Assembly (NCBI GenBank): GCA_002269645.1
Contig: NIVC01000424.1
Coordinates: 62,001 to 126,000, forward strand
Length of the DNA stretch: 64,000 nt
From: Macrostomum lignano
Lineage: Eukaryota
Direction of reading: 5' to 3'
In this document: one piece after another, positions 24,151-36,430 of the stretch
Numbering within the stretch: position 1 is the first letter of the stretch
How the letters are laid out: every line of letters begins with the position of its first letter
Position numbers and translations under genes: made by a program
Notes under the pieces: generated by a model
Databases searched by the model: none
Seen by the model: the letters and a program-made list of their open reading frames with translations, nothing else
Told to the model about the DNA's origin: nothing

Positions 24151-25094
24151 TTCAGCTTACTCGCTGATGGCTGTGCCTCATTGAAATCTCAAACTACTAA
24201 CAAACTACTAGCAATACTACTACCAACCAGTGCTGCAATCTTGCACAATTGCAAAGCAGGGTATAAAATTTCTCGCTTCCTCAAAGTCCCCCGTTTTATT
24301 CATTAAGAAATGCAAGCAAGTACAAACAATTTCTGGTTGGTATGGACTTGGACAATAAGGAGAGGCCAAGTTTGAATAAGATGGAACAAGGTCAGGACTG
24401 ACCACCCACAGCTTTCACCTGTAGCCCCCTGCCTACCTGCCCTATCCCTACCATCTCAATTCACCGCACTATGAGGGCCACTGCTCCTCCGCCACCGCTG
24501 CAGCCCTAACGAGTTGCTGTCCTTCAGCTCCCGCCTCCACAGCCCCAGCAACCGGGGCCTCCTACCAAATCGATGCTCTCTTCTGTTTCCTTCCAGCCAA
24601 GTGTTGGCAGCGTGCAGTTTCTCTCTCGCCGCGTCTCTCCCAATCCATCTGCTCCATCTCTTCTTCAGCCTCTCAGCCTCTCCTCTGTGAACTTCTCTTC
24701 TCCCTGCGCAAAATACATCCTAATTCACACACACACTCTCTCACACACACATCGCTGAATGGTGGAACACCTCTCTCAACTTACCGCTGCAAACGAAGGC
24801 CCTTCTCAGAGAGTGAGGAGGCTGTAAAGACTGCTTCATATATATGAAAAAACTGTACCCGGGACACTAGAGAGTGAGAGTGGCATGACGAGTCATTTCT
24901 AAATAGGCCGGACCCATTGTTAGGAAGAGAAGTTAAACAGTGAACCAAGTTTGTGTGCTCAAGATGCGTGCCCGACTGAGGAACAGAAAGAGATATTGCT
25001 CTCTCGCAAATCCTGTTTCAGTTGGCATGACACGCGAGATATTAGCCTTCTAGATTGCCAAGAAAGTAGCAGTTGTATAATAGCAGCTTTAATC

Positions 25095-27290
25095 GGTGAA
25101 TGAATCTGTGAATGGTACATTTAAATTGGTGAATGAATCAGTGTCACCGATAATTTTTGGTGAATGAATCAGTGTCACCAATAAATTTTGGTGAATGAAT
25201 CAGTGTCACCAATAAATTTTGGTGAATGAATCAGTGTCACCAATAAATTTTGGTGAATGAATCAGTGTCACCAATAAATTTTAGTGAATGAATCAGTGTC
25301 ACCAATAAATTTTGGTGAATGAATCAGTGTCACCAATAAATTTTGGTGAATGAATCAGTGTCACCAATAAATTTTGGTGAATGAATCAGTGTCACCAATA
25401 AATTATGGTGAATGAATCAGTGTCACCAATAAATTATGATGAATGAATCAGTGTCACCAATAAATTTTAGTGAATGAATCAGTGTCACCAATAAATTTTG
25501 GTGAATGAATCAGTGTCACCAATAAATTATGGTGAATGAATCAGTGTCACCAATAAATTTTAGTGAATGAATCAGTGTCACCAATAAATTTTGGTGAATG
25601 AATCAGTGTCACCAATAAATTATGGTGAATGAATCAGTGTCACCAATAAATTATGATGAATGAATCAGTGTCACCAATAAATTTCGGTGAATGAATCAGT
25701 GTCACCAATAAATTTCGGTGAATGAATCAGTGTCACCAATAAATTTCGGTGAATAAATCAGCGTCACCAATAAATTTCGGTGAATGAATCAGCGTCACCA
25801 ATAAATTTTAGTGAATGAATCAGCGTCACCAATAAATTTCGGTGAATGAATCAGCGCCACCAATAAATTTCGGTGAATGAATCAGTGTCACCAATAAATT
25901 TTGGTGAATGAATCAGCGTCACCAATAAATTTCGGTGAATGAATCAGTGTCACCAATAAATTTCGGTGAATGAATCAGCGTCACCAATAAATTTCGGTGA
26001 ATGAATCAGCGTCACCAATAAATTTCGGTGAATGAATCAGCGTCACCAATAAATTTCGGTGAATGAATCAGTGTCACCAAAAAATTTCGGTGAATGAATC
26101 AGCGTCACCAATAAATATTGGTGAATGAATCAGCGTCACCAATAAATTTCGGTGAATGAATCAGCGTCACCAATAAATTTCGGTGAATGAATCAGTGTCA
26201 CCAATAAATTTCGGTGAATGAATCAGTGTCACCAATAAATTTCGGTGAATGAATCAGTGTCACCAATAAATTTCGGTGAATGAATCAGTGTCACCAATAA
26301 ATATTGGTGAATGAATCAGCGTCACCAATAAATATTGGTGAATGAATCAGTGTCACCAATAAATTTCGGTGAATGAATCAGTGTAACCAATAAATTTCGG
26401 TGAATGAATCAGCGTCACCAATAAATTTCGGTGAATGAATCAGCGTCACCAATAAATTTCGGTGAATGAATCAGCGTCACCAATAAATTTCGGTGAATGA
26501 ATCAGTGTCACCAAAAAATTTCGGTGAATGAATCAGCGTCACCAATAAATATTGGTGAATGAATCAGCGTCACCAATAAATTTCGGTGAATGAATCAGTG
26601 TAACCAATAAATTTCGGTGAATGAATCAGTGTCACCAATAAATTTCGGTGAATGAATCAGCGTCACCAATAAATTTCGGTGAATGAATCAGTGTAACCAA
26701 TAAATTTCGGTGAATGAATCAGTGTCACCAATAAATTTCGGTGAATGAATCAGTGTCACCAATAAATTTCGGTGAATGAATCAGTGTCACCAATAAATTT
26801 CGGTGAATGAATCAGTGTCACCAATAAATTTGGTGAATGAATCAGTGTCACCAATAAATTTCGGTGAATGAATCAGTGTCACCAATAAATTTCGGTGAAT
26901 GAATCAGTGTCACCAATAAATTTCGGTGAATGAATCAGTGTCACCAATAAATTTCGGTGAATGAATCAGTGTCACCAATAAATATTGGTGAATGAATCAG
27001 CGTCACCAATAAATATTGGTGAATGAATCAGTGTCACCAATAAATTTCGGTGAATGAATCAGTGTCACCAATAAATTTCGGTGAATGAATCAGTGTAACC
27101 AATAAATTTCGGTGAATGAATCAGCGTCACCAATAAATTTCGGTGAATGAATCAGTGTAACCAATAAATTTCGGTGAATGAATCAGTGTCACCAATAAAT
27201 ATTGGTGAATGAATCAGCGTCACCAATAAATTTCGGTGAATGAATCAGTGTCACCAATAAAACCTGGTGAATGAATCAGTGACTAATTAA
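25095..27290 (+). repeat. 31-bp minisatellite GGTGAATGAATCAGTGTCACCAATAAATTT(T/C), ~70 copies
   Basis: Head-to-tail units without spacers; each unit has an internal inverted repeat GGTGA...TCACC. Confidence 0.97.
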
Positions 27291-27399
27291 TTTTCCTGAA
27301 CAAATTTGAAGCAATTCTGAGAAGCGTCGAAGTTTTCAATCATTGCCTGTAAAAAGCTCAGCCGGGCTTCTGTTTGCAAGAAAGGCCAAAGAACCAAAG

Positions 27400-27790
27400 C
27401 ATTATTGCTGGCGCAAGAAACATTAACAATGCAAAGACATTCTTCCTACATTGATAGGTCGTCCATCAATCAATCAACAGAAAAGTTATTCGGATGCTCT
27501 CAATCTCGAGCTAAAAGCCGCGCGCCTGCCGCAATCCTTGCCAACCGGATCAAAGCATTCTGCATGCATCTTGGATTGTTGCCGCTAAATTTTGCTATCT
27601 CGATTACGACAGAAAAACTCTGCTCATTGAAGCTTGCTAGCTGAGCATGGATTTTTCTGGCTAAACAACTGGAGACGAACTGCAGCGTTAATAAATGTCT
27701 TTAAAACAGTAGTCGACAGGCTTTTGTTAACCTCAAGGGCCAGAGAGAGAATCCAGCTCATGGCTGCGGGCCAGATGAGAGTGGAAAAGA
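27400..27790 (+). mobile_element. Highly decayed LINE reverse-transcriptase remnant
   Basis: AILANRIKAFCMHLGLLP and downstream QAFVNLKG resemble the RT motifs ILANRL...LP..Q.GF and AFVDL.KA; broken by stops. Confidence 0.4.
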
Positions 27791-27929
27791 TCGGGAATAG
27801 AAAATGAGAGATGAGAGGAGATGCGAGAGATTGAATGAGAGAAGAGATAAGGGAAAATATAAGAGGGGAGAGGGGAGAAGAGGAGAGACAGGGAGAGAAG
27901 AGAGAGGGAGGGGAGAGAAGAGAGACAGG

Positions 27930-27990
<61 letters not shown>

Positions 27991-28410
27991 TGGGAAGAAA
28001 AAAGAGAGTGGAGAGAAGAGACACAGGGGAGATGAGAGAAGGGAGAGAAGAGAGAGGGGAGAGAAGAGAGAGGGGAGAGAAGAGAGAGGGGAGGTGAGGA
28101 GAGATGGGAGGGAAGAGAGAGGAGAGATGAGGCGGGGGAGGTGAGGAGAGATGGGAGCAAAGAGAGAGGTGAGATAAGAAAGAGGGGAGAGGAGAGAGAC
28201 AGGGGAGAGAAGAGAGAGGGGAGGTGAGAAGAGATGGGAGCAAAGAGAGAGATGAGAGAAGAAAGAGAGGAGAGGAGAGAGGGGAGAGAAGAGAGACAGG
28301 GGAGAGAAGGGAGAGAAGAGAGAGGGGGAGGAGGAGGGGAGGTGAGGAGAGATGGGAGGGAAGAGAGAGACAGGGGAGAGAAGAGAAGGGAGAGAGCTGA
28401 GAAGAGACAA
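27770..28410 (+). repeat. Polypurine GA-rich low-complexity tract including (GA)n
   Basis: Direct observation. Confidence 0.93.
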
Positions 28411-29399
28411 AACTTAAGCGGACGAGATTCCTATTGTAAAGTTTACCCGAGAGCCGGAGTTGACCTATACTTGCTTCTTTTGTAATTTGAAGTCCAGAAG
28501 GTGCGATATCATATTGTGAATTTTAGTGCTAAACTTTTCAGCAAAGCCCGGCGGCCTCCAGCGAAAGTTACACGATTTTTGAAAATATGCTGCGGTCGTG
28601 AATTAAGTGAATAGCCTCTCCAGACACTCTCTTTAGTACTCCTCGGTCAGGGCTAAGTGATGATGGTCCCAGCGCTGCCAAATCCTATACAGATGACGCG
28701 GACTCAAGATCTTTATCGACAAGTGTGGGTAAAACCAAGCTGCGGGATTAAGTGCAGTCCAACCCCTCACGGGTTCTTTTCTTACACAAGATTGCTCTTT
28801 CAATCTGGAGCGCTCGCTGGGCATCTTCTCCTCGTGCTTCTTTGCCGCTTTCCTGCGGCAGTCTCGCGCTCCGCGTTCCCACAGATTCCCTCCACAGTCA
28901 ACAACATCAGTTTGGTAGATCTCTACGACCGCCCCCCGGCCTCGCGGCCACATTCAGTTTATTGGGACTGTGCACGGAATTGGCTATTCAGGCTTTTTGT
29001 GCAATTCACACCCAGAGCCAATCCCCCACGGCACAGAGAGTGTACATGCGATTAGAAAGTCTGGACCGCTGTTCACCCTGTCTCGAAAGGTGTCGATTTT
29101 TCCAGACCTATATTAAAATAATTAACAACCTGACCTTAAAGGTATAGATAAAGCTAAGGAACAGCAGGGAACCTAATGACAGGGAACTACCAAAAGTTAA
29201 AACCAGCAAAATTATCCATTAACTCGTAGACCAGTAGTAGCCTAGACCGGTCACCCAACCCGTAAATATAGCTGTTTTAAAAATTCATAGAGGATTGTTT
29301 TCTTAATGAATTATAACTGGTCTGTCCGTGTTTAATGACTGTGCCTCTACATTAAAAGCTATTTTGAGTCTAAAAATCTCGGAAATTCTGGTTTGCTTC

Positions 29400-29520
29400 T
29401 TTTGTCTATCTATCTTAGTGTCTGTCTTAGTGTCTGTGTTTGTCTGTCTGTCTGTCTCTCTGTCTGTCTATCTTTCTGTCTGCCTTAGTTAGTGTCTGTC
29501 TGTCTGTCTGTCTGCCTTAG

Positions 29521-29553
<33 letters not shown>

Positions 29554-29600
29554 GCCTTAGTGTCTGTCTGTCTGTCTGTCTGTCTGTTTTAAGTGTCCGT
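29400..29600 (+). repeat. Degenerate (TGTC)n microsatellite
   Basis: Direct observation. Confidence 0.85.
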
Positions 29601-29936
29601 CTTAGTGTTTAGTATCTATCAGTAAACAAGACAAACTGCAGAAAAACTAGGAACTCATATACTACTGACAAGTAAGCATCGAAGATTAAACAGAGCGGAT
29701 GGCATGAGTATATTGACACAAACTAAATAAAGGCAAAGAAGAAAGACAATCGCATAAAGAAGCAACAATTTACTGTTCATTTCGATTGGTTTGCTTATAG
29801 GATTAAGATAACAATCTTAACGGACATCGTTGTCACAAAAAGAAAGAAGAAAATGACGCTGAAAAAAATGCGCAACCAATGACACGTGGAGTGGATCATA
29901 ACCAAATAATTAAAAGTGCGCAGCAATCAGAACCTC

Positions 29937-32900
29937 TCATTCATTGAAGTCAGACTGACACAGAGCTTCGTAGGAAGAGAATCCCACAGACTGGAGCATG
30001 CCTCGCTGGGCAAACTCCATCAGCCTGCTGACTGCGCAGCCACTTCCTGGACTGTCGCCATCGGCGCAAAACGTCAGCCGACCGGTTAAATCTCGACCAT
30101 TGTACATCAGTCTGAATCTGGTAGGATTAGAATTTACATCACCTGACAACAGTTCGAACGCTAGATTAGCAGCCAGTCGAGGCCAAGTTCCATCCCAGAT
30201 GCCCAACGAATGCAGTAGAAACTCAAGCGTATTATCGTGACCGGAGAACAAAGACACGGACAAAGACTCTTCCGAATGTGTCAAGAGCCGATTGGCCAAG
30301 TCCAGCAGCAGAGGCCGAGCGTGCGCCACAGCCAGGCGACTGTAGAGCTGACTCAACCGTTTCTTACCAGTCATCATGAGGCGACTCACAGAGTTGTGCG
30401 CCTGCAACAGATCGGCTGGCGGGTCAGCTGATAGCAGCGAAGAAGCGGATGATGAGAGCAGGCTCAATAGCGAGCTGGCATTGCCAGACCAGCAGCGTAG
30501 GGGGAGCAGCAGGTCGAGCAGAGCCGAGTCTTTCACCGGTTCGTCGAATAGCGCGCTTTGGAGAATTGAATAAGGGGGGAGGAGGCGATAAGAGTGCTGC
30601 TATTCTAAATAGCCCTGACTACTCTACTCTACTAAGCTCAAGCCTACAATCTTATAAACTTAAATGTACTCCATTTTGATCCTCTACTCTACTCTACCCT
30701 CTACTCTACCCGACTCTAACCTACTTTACTCAACTCCATTCTACTCAACTCAACTCCAATCTACTCAACTCAACTCTAACCTACTCGACTCAACTCCAAT
30801 CTACTCTACTCAACTCCAATCTACTCAACTCAACTCCAATCTACTCTACTCAACTCCAATCTACTCAACTCAACTCCAATCTACTCTACTCAACTCCAAT
30901 CTACTCTACTCAACTCCAATCTACTCAACTCAACTCCAATCTACTCTACTCAACTCCAATCTACTCAACTCAACTCCAATCTACTCAACTCAACTCCAAT
31001 CTACTCAACTCAACTCCAATCTACTCAACTCAACTCCAACCTACTCTACTCAACTCCATTCTACTCTACTCAACTCCAACCAACTTTTCTCAATTCCTAT
31101 CTACTCTACTCAACTCTAACCTACTCTACTCAACTCCAATCTACTCAACTCAACTCCAATCTACTCTACTCAACTCCATTCTACTCTACTCAACTCCAAC
31201 CAACTTTTCTCAATTCCTATCTACTCTACTCAACTCTAACCTACTCGACTCAACTCCAATCTACTCTACTCAAACTCTACGTGACTCTACATACCTACTT
31301 CTCATCAACCTACCCCGCAAGCCCGCAATAGGCCTCACCGGTAAGCGTCCACAAGCTGCTCATAGTGCCGCTCCCTCAGCCGCCAGCGCCGCCGGCTAAT
31401 CCTACGGGTCAGCCGGGGCAGCAGGGGGCAGGCGGGGCATTCGCCCGGTCCTGGGCACAGTCGAAAATCGGCGGAAACTTCCACCGGCTGGCGGGCGGCT
31501 TGGCCTTCGCCGTCGCTGTCTACAGAGTGGCCGTCGCCGTCGCCTTCGCTGTTGACGTAGAAGCCGTAAAGAACGCCGCTTAGGGTGCTGAGAGTTCTCG
31601 GGGAGGCGCTACTCCGGGCATGGGATATTCGAGGAGGACCTCTGGTTTTATGAGGAATGTAGTAGGCCCGGCGTATCGCGCGGCCAAGCTCGTAAGCCTG
31701 AAGATAGAGTGAGTTGGGTGCTAGGCGGAGTGAGGTGGGTGTCTAGCGGAGTGAGGTGGGTGCTGGGCGGAGTAGGGTGGGTGCTGGGCGGAGTGGGGTG
31801 GGTGCTGGGCGGAGTGAGGTGGGTGTCTAGCGGAGTGGGGTGGGTGTCTAGCGGAGTGAGGTGGGTGCTAGGCGGAGTGAGGTGGGTGCTGGGCGGAGTA
31901 GGGTGGGTGCTGGGCGGAGTGGGGTGGGTGCTGGGCGGAGTGAGGTGGGTGTCTAGCGGAGTGAGGTGGGTGTCTAGCGGAGTGAGGTGGGTGCTAGGCG
32001 GAGTGAGGTGGGTGTCTAGCGGAGTGAGGTGGGTGCTGGGCGGAGTGGGGTGGGTGCTAGGCGGAGTGAGGTGGGTGCTGGCCGGAGTGGGGTGGGTGCT
32101 AGGCGGAGTGAGGTGGGTGCTGGGCGGAGTGGGGTGGGTGCTTGGCGGAGTGAGGTGGGTGTCTAGCGGAGTGAGGTGGGTGCTGGCCGGAGTGAGGTGG
32201 GTGCTGGGCGGAGTGAGGCGGGTCGTGGATGCCTATTACGGATTGAAGTATGCTAATTAGATGGAGGTAGGCGATAAGCTAGGTATTGAATGGACAGCGC
32301 AAAAGGGGACAATCAGGGATTTTATATGGCAACTTAACTATCGGCAGCAATATAAATTTCCATTAATTACCTGCACCAGACCAATAGGAGTCAGGTGACC
32401 CGACTGGCACACGTCGGCTTCCTCATAAAATCGTCTAGAAGTCCTCGTGGCAAAGGAATCCCCGCCAGCAGCCGCGGGCACAGATTGAGTCAGCTTGGGC
32501 AGCCGGTCCAACATCTGACGCGTTGACCAATCTAGTTTGGCTCGCAGCCATTCGGGCGCTGAGGTCACCTCTGCCAGTCGGCACGATCGTCGATGATAGA
32601 CGTTTCGTAGAACAGTCGGCACAAACGAGGAATCGTCCAGACGGGTCAGCGGCATTCGATCGCCGTGTCGGAACACAACCAGCAATGCTCGGACTCGATG
32701 GCCAGCAACATTAGACGACGCAAGACGGTCGAGTTCTTGTCGATGCCAACGGCCAGTGTGCACCGGCGAGTTGCAATAGCGAGCGGCCTCCGACAGCAGC
32801 TGCTGGGTGTCGTCGTTGCCAAGGCGACGAGAGGTGGATGAAGACTGCGCATTAGCGGGTGACTTGTTCAAATGCCTAGCACTTTCATTGAGCAGGGGAA

Positions 32901-33049
32901 AACTTGGCCACCAAGGCTGAGCAGCCAGGTAGAGCAGAATCACCGACCCGATCGACAAGCAGGCGACAGTCGCAACGCAGCGACGTATTCGTCGAGCACC
33001 AGCAAATTGTCGCCAAAACAGAATGAATTTGTAGGTTAGTCAGCTGCAT
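29937..33049 (-). CDS. PXYLP1: Histidine acid phosphatase, 2-phosphoxylose phosphatase 1 (PXYLP1/ACPL2)-like; 3 exons
   Basis: Exons about 33049-32371, 31697-31339 and 30555-29937 (phases 0 and 2 are consistent; the third acceptor is a weaker AAG). Motifs: type II TM anchor, VFRHGDRMPL (RHGxRxP), GHLTPIGLVQ|AYELG, RTLSTLSGVLYGF, SGHDNTL, WPRLAANLAFELL, FRLMYNGRDLT..FC, matching the PXYLP1 pattern. The nearest ATG (33049) is 1 nt out of frame. Confidence 0.8.
30680..31275 (+). repeat. Pentamer-based 20-bp minisatellite CTACTC(A/T)ACTCAACTCCAAT in phosphatase intron 2
   Basis: Direct observation. Confidence 0.93.
31710..32220 (+). repeat. 21-bp G-rich minisatellite (GGCGGAGTGAGGTGGGTGCT(A/G)) in phosphatase intron 1
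   Basis: Period 21 measured at 31861/31882. Confidence 0.93.
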
Positions 33050-33109
33050 AGTGTTATGGCTTGATGTGAGGTAGTACAAATTGTTTTAACTGGCTGGCGT
33101 AATGGCAAG

Positions 33110-33560
33110 GGTGTCTACTGTAGAGAGGTGGGTGTCTAGCGAAGTGGGATGGGTGTTTCGAGGAGTGAGGTTGGTGTCTAGCGGAGTGGGGTGGGTTTTT
33201 AGAGGAGTGAGGTGGGTGTCTAGCGGAGTGGGGTGGGTGTGTTTCGAGGAGAGAGGTGGGTGTCTAGCGAAGTGGGTGGGTGTTTCAAGGAGAGAGGTGG
33301 GTGTCTAGCGAAGTGGGGTGGCTGTTTCGAGGAAAGAGGTGGGTGTCTAGCGGAGTGGGTGGGTGTTTCGAGGAGTGGAGTGGGTGTCTAGTGGAGTGGG
33401 GTGGGTGTTTCGAGGAGTGGAGTGGATGTCTAGTGGAGTGGGGTGAGTGTTTATAGGAGTAGGGTGGGTGTCTAGCGGAGTGGGGGTGGGTGTTTCGAGG
33501 AGTGGAGGTGGGTGTTTCGAGGAGTAGAGTGGGTGTCTAGTGGAGTGAGGTGGCTTTCTA
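33110..33560 (+). repeat. G-rich 21-23-bp minisatellite related to the intron-1 array
   Basis: Shares the variant gggtgggtgtctagcggagtg with 31710-32220. Confidence 0.88.
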
Positions 33561-34309
33561 GTGTAGTTATGCAGCTGTCTATACAAATTCGTTCTAAGAA
33601 GAAAAAGCTAGCGTACGATAATCAAAATATTGAATAAATTACTCAAACGCAAGGATGTTTTCACAGCTTCGGTGATCAGCTACCAGCTCATAGAAATAAA
33701 GCACAGCATTATAGCTTCAATGTAACGTTTTTTGAAGCAATACTCAAGCCGCCAGTGAATAGTAATAAAAAACATACTGTAGGTCAGGTGATTTACGAGC
33801 TACCATTCAGCTACTACATGGAAACACGAATAAAATGTAAAAGCGCAATAGTTAAACTCTATATACATTTTAGTGTGACGAAGTGCGAACACAGAGAAAA
33901 ATACACGCATTTATACACGAACTCGGATATCAGTAAATAAATAAGAATAAGAGTAAAAATGCTGGAAAAAATGTATCTACGAGTAGTTTAATCAAATTAC
34001 ACCAATATTAACCTTGTGCTCTGCAATAATGCAACTACTAATAGTAAGATAAAAACAACGATTCAACACAAAAACGGTACATGCAAATACCCACGGGGTA
34101 AATAATTAAAAAAACGGACTTAACAAAAAATACTTCGAAATGCGTGATATTTGCAGTAAACCATTAGACTTAAATCATAGAATTTCATACGATATAAGGT
34201 GTAATCCTATATACTAAAAATTAGTACATTCATGCATATGATATGTAGACTAGGTATTCTGATAGACAGGTACTCGTAAGCATGTAGGAAGGCAGGAAGG
34301 TAGTTAGCC

Positions 34310-34850
34310 CGATGAAAATGGTACTTAAACCAAGAAGCATTCTAGAGTCACTTGCGTTGCCCCAGCTTTGTTTCAAAGTTGTTGCAGGTAACACAGGTAA
34401 AATAGGATAAGTGACTCTAGGCGACTCTAGGTAGGAGTCGCCAAAAAGTCGTCAATTAGTTGTCCTAAGAGTCAATTTGGGGCGTCTTATTGTTTGCGGA
34501 CTTCTAAATGACTCTTGGGCCGCAGAGTCGTATCCAAGGCGTGCCAGAGTCGCTGCAGAATCACTGAGTTGCATCTAAAGTGCACCTGGGTGACTTCATA
34601 AATCAGGATCGCATTTTGCATTTTTAACAACTCTATTCAGTCTACTTGAGTTAGTAGAAATCCAAGCGCTAACACAACGACTCTCTGCTAGACGACTTTT
34701 TCGCAACTCTTACGATTCTACAACGCACGTTAAGAGTTCACGTTACAGTCGCCTCTCAGTCGTACATGTATTGCAGTCGTTTGAGTCGTTAAAAAGTCAC
34801 AAGAATCGCCCGAGAGTTCTTTGCAATGACACTATAGCAATTCTTGTCCC
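34310..34850 (+). repeat. Dispersed repeat (GACTCTAG-rich, probable non-autonomous DNA element), related to 47915-48600
   Basis: Collinear matches gatgaaaa.ggta...a.ccaagaagca....agagtcact, gcaggtaacacag.taaaatagga, aatcactgagttgc.tctaaag, aactctatt.agtctactt.agttagta; no convincing TIR or TSD. Confidence 0.7.
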
Positions 34851-34976
34851 GGTAAAGCTTTCAACGGTCAGGTTGGCTGTGCAGGCAGAAACAGACGAGC
34901 AGTTTGTAAAAATGAATACCAAAAGAGAAAGCAAAATTTTTGAACAAAACAAAAGGTACGGAAATGAATAACTCCA

Positions 34977-35549
34977 TCAACGCCGAGAACAGTACAGCCT
35001 GTACTTGCACAGCAGAGATCGGTTTGGCACGCTCTCCATCAGTGAATCCTGCCCAGTAGCCGAGTTCAACGGTTCGGCCATAGACAGTTCAAGCTCGGGC
35101 TCAGCAGCACAGGGAGAAGCGCCTGGCGGTACAGGTGTACTCGAAGCTCGACCAGCGCTTGCCGAACCATCATTATTAACAAACTCATCACAATTATTGT
35201 CTGTCAACTTTGACAGCGACAATAAATTTAATAAACCAGCAGCTTCGCAATCGTCATCAAAATTGTTGTCATCATCGCTTGTTTTGACTGCAGCTTCATC
35301 CAGGATGCTGAGATCGCTAGCAGACATTGGTAAGCACTTGTCCGATGCTGCTGAAGACTCCGATAGGCATGAATCGTCGGGATTCGAGCACAAAGGAATG
35401 GTTCGACTAACAATGTTACTGCTACTAGGAGCAGAGACTGCAACAACGTGCAAACAGCATCGACATCCTTTGGCCAGATGGCGTTGAATTAACATCCTAA
35501 GCTGCCGGCAAGAGGGCTCTACAAGTATTTGATGCGACGAGGTGGACAT
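34977..35549 (-). CDS. Hypothetical Ser/Asp-rich protein (190 aa), single exon or terminal exon
   Basis: ATG-started non-repetitive ORF with coding-like composition; acceptor-like tttaaactttttcag 6 nt upstream of the ATG; no family recognised. Confidence 0.45.
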   Translation of the reverse strand: MSTSSHQILVEPSCRQLRMLIQRHLAKGCRCCLHVVAVSAPSSSNIVSRTIPLCSNPDDSCLSESSAASDKCLPMSASDLSILDEAAVKTSDDDNNFDDDCEAAGLLNLLSLSKLTDNNCDEFVNNDGSASAGRASSTPVPPGASPCAAEPELELSMAEPLNSATGQDSLMESVPNRSLLCKYRLYCSRR

Positions 35550-35624
35550 TCGATGCTGAAAAAGTTTAAATTAAAATACACGATTTTTTAAAATATGATT
35601 CTCTTTCAAGGGCGCTCGTCTCGT

Positions 35625-36430
35625 AGGCAGTGGCGCCCCTGTCTCTTAGGTAGTGGGCGTCTCTGTCTCTTAGGTAGTGGGCGCCCCTGTCTCTTAGGTA
35701 GTGGGCGTCTCTGTCTCTTAGGTAGTGGGCACCCCTGTCTCTTAGGTAGTGGGCGTCTCTGTCTCTTAGGTAGTGGGCGCCCCTGTCTCTTAGGTAGTGG
35801 GCGTCTCTGTCTCTTAGGTAGTGGGCACCCCTGTCTCTTAGGTAGTGGGCGTCTCTGTCTCTTAGGTAGTGGGCGCCCCTGTCTCTTAGGTAGTGGATGC
35901 TCCTGTCTCTTAGGTAGTGGGCGCCCCTGTCTCTTAGGTAGTGGATGCCCCTGTCTCTTAGGTAGTGGGCGCCCCTGTCTCTTAGGTAGTGGACGCCCCT
36001 GTCTCTTAGGTAGTGGGCGCCCCTGTCTCTTAGGTAGTGGATGCCCCTGTCTCTTAGGTAGTGGATGCCCCTGTCTCTTAGGTAGTGGGCACCCCTGTCT
36101 CTTAGGTAGTGGATGCCCCTGTCTCTTAGGTAGTGGGCCCCTGTCTCTTAGGTAGTGGATGCCCCTGTCTCTTAGGTAGTGGATGCCCCTGTCTCTTAGG
36201 TAGTGGGCACCCCTGTCTCTTAGGTAGTGGATGCCCCTGTCTCTTAGGTAGTGGATGCCCCTGTCTCTTACACCCTGTCTCTTAGGTATAGCGGGCACCC
36301 CTGTCTCTTAGGTAGTGGAGCGTCTCTTAGGTATTGAGCACCCCTGTCTCTTAGGTATTGAGCGCCCCTGTCTCTTAGGTATTGAGCGCCCCTGTCTCTT
36401 AGGTATTGAGCGCCCCTGTCTCTTAGGTAT
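35625..36430 (+). repeat. 24-bp minisatellite CTGTCTCTTAGGTAGTGGGCGCCC
   Basis: Direct observation. Confidence 0.95.

Noticed and set aside
25095-27290. CRISPR-like array (31-bp palindromic repeat)
   Set aside because: Units are head-to-tail with no unique spacers, there are no cas genes, and the context is eukaryotic.
28650-28760. C/D-box snoRNA (GTGATGA)
   Set aside because: No D box (CTGA) at a suitable distance and no terminal stem.
28633-29147. Overlapping 100-130 aa ORFs
   Set aside because: No recognisable domain, no consistent splice signals, and ORFs on both strands.
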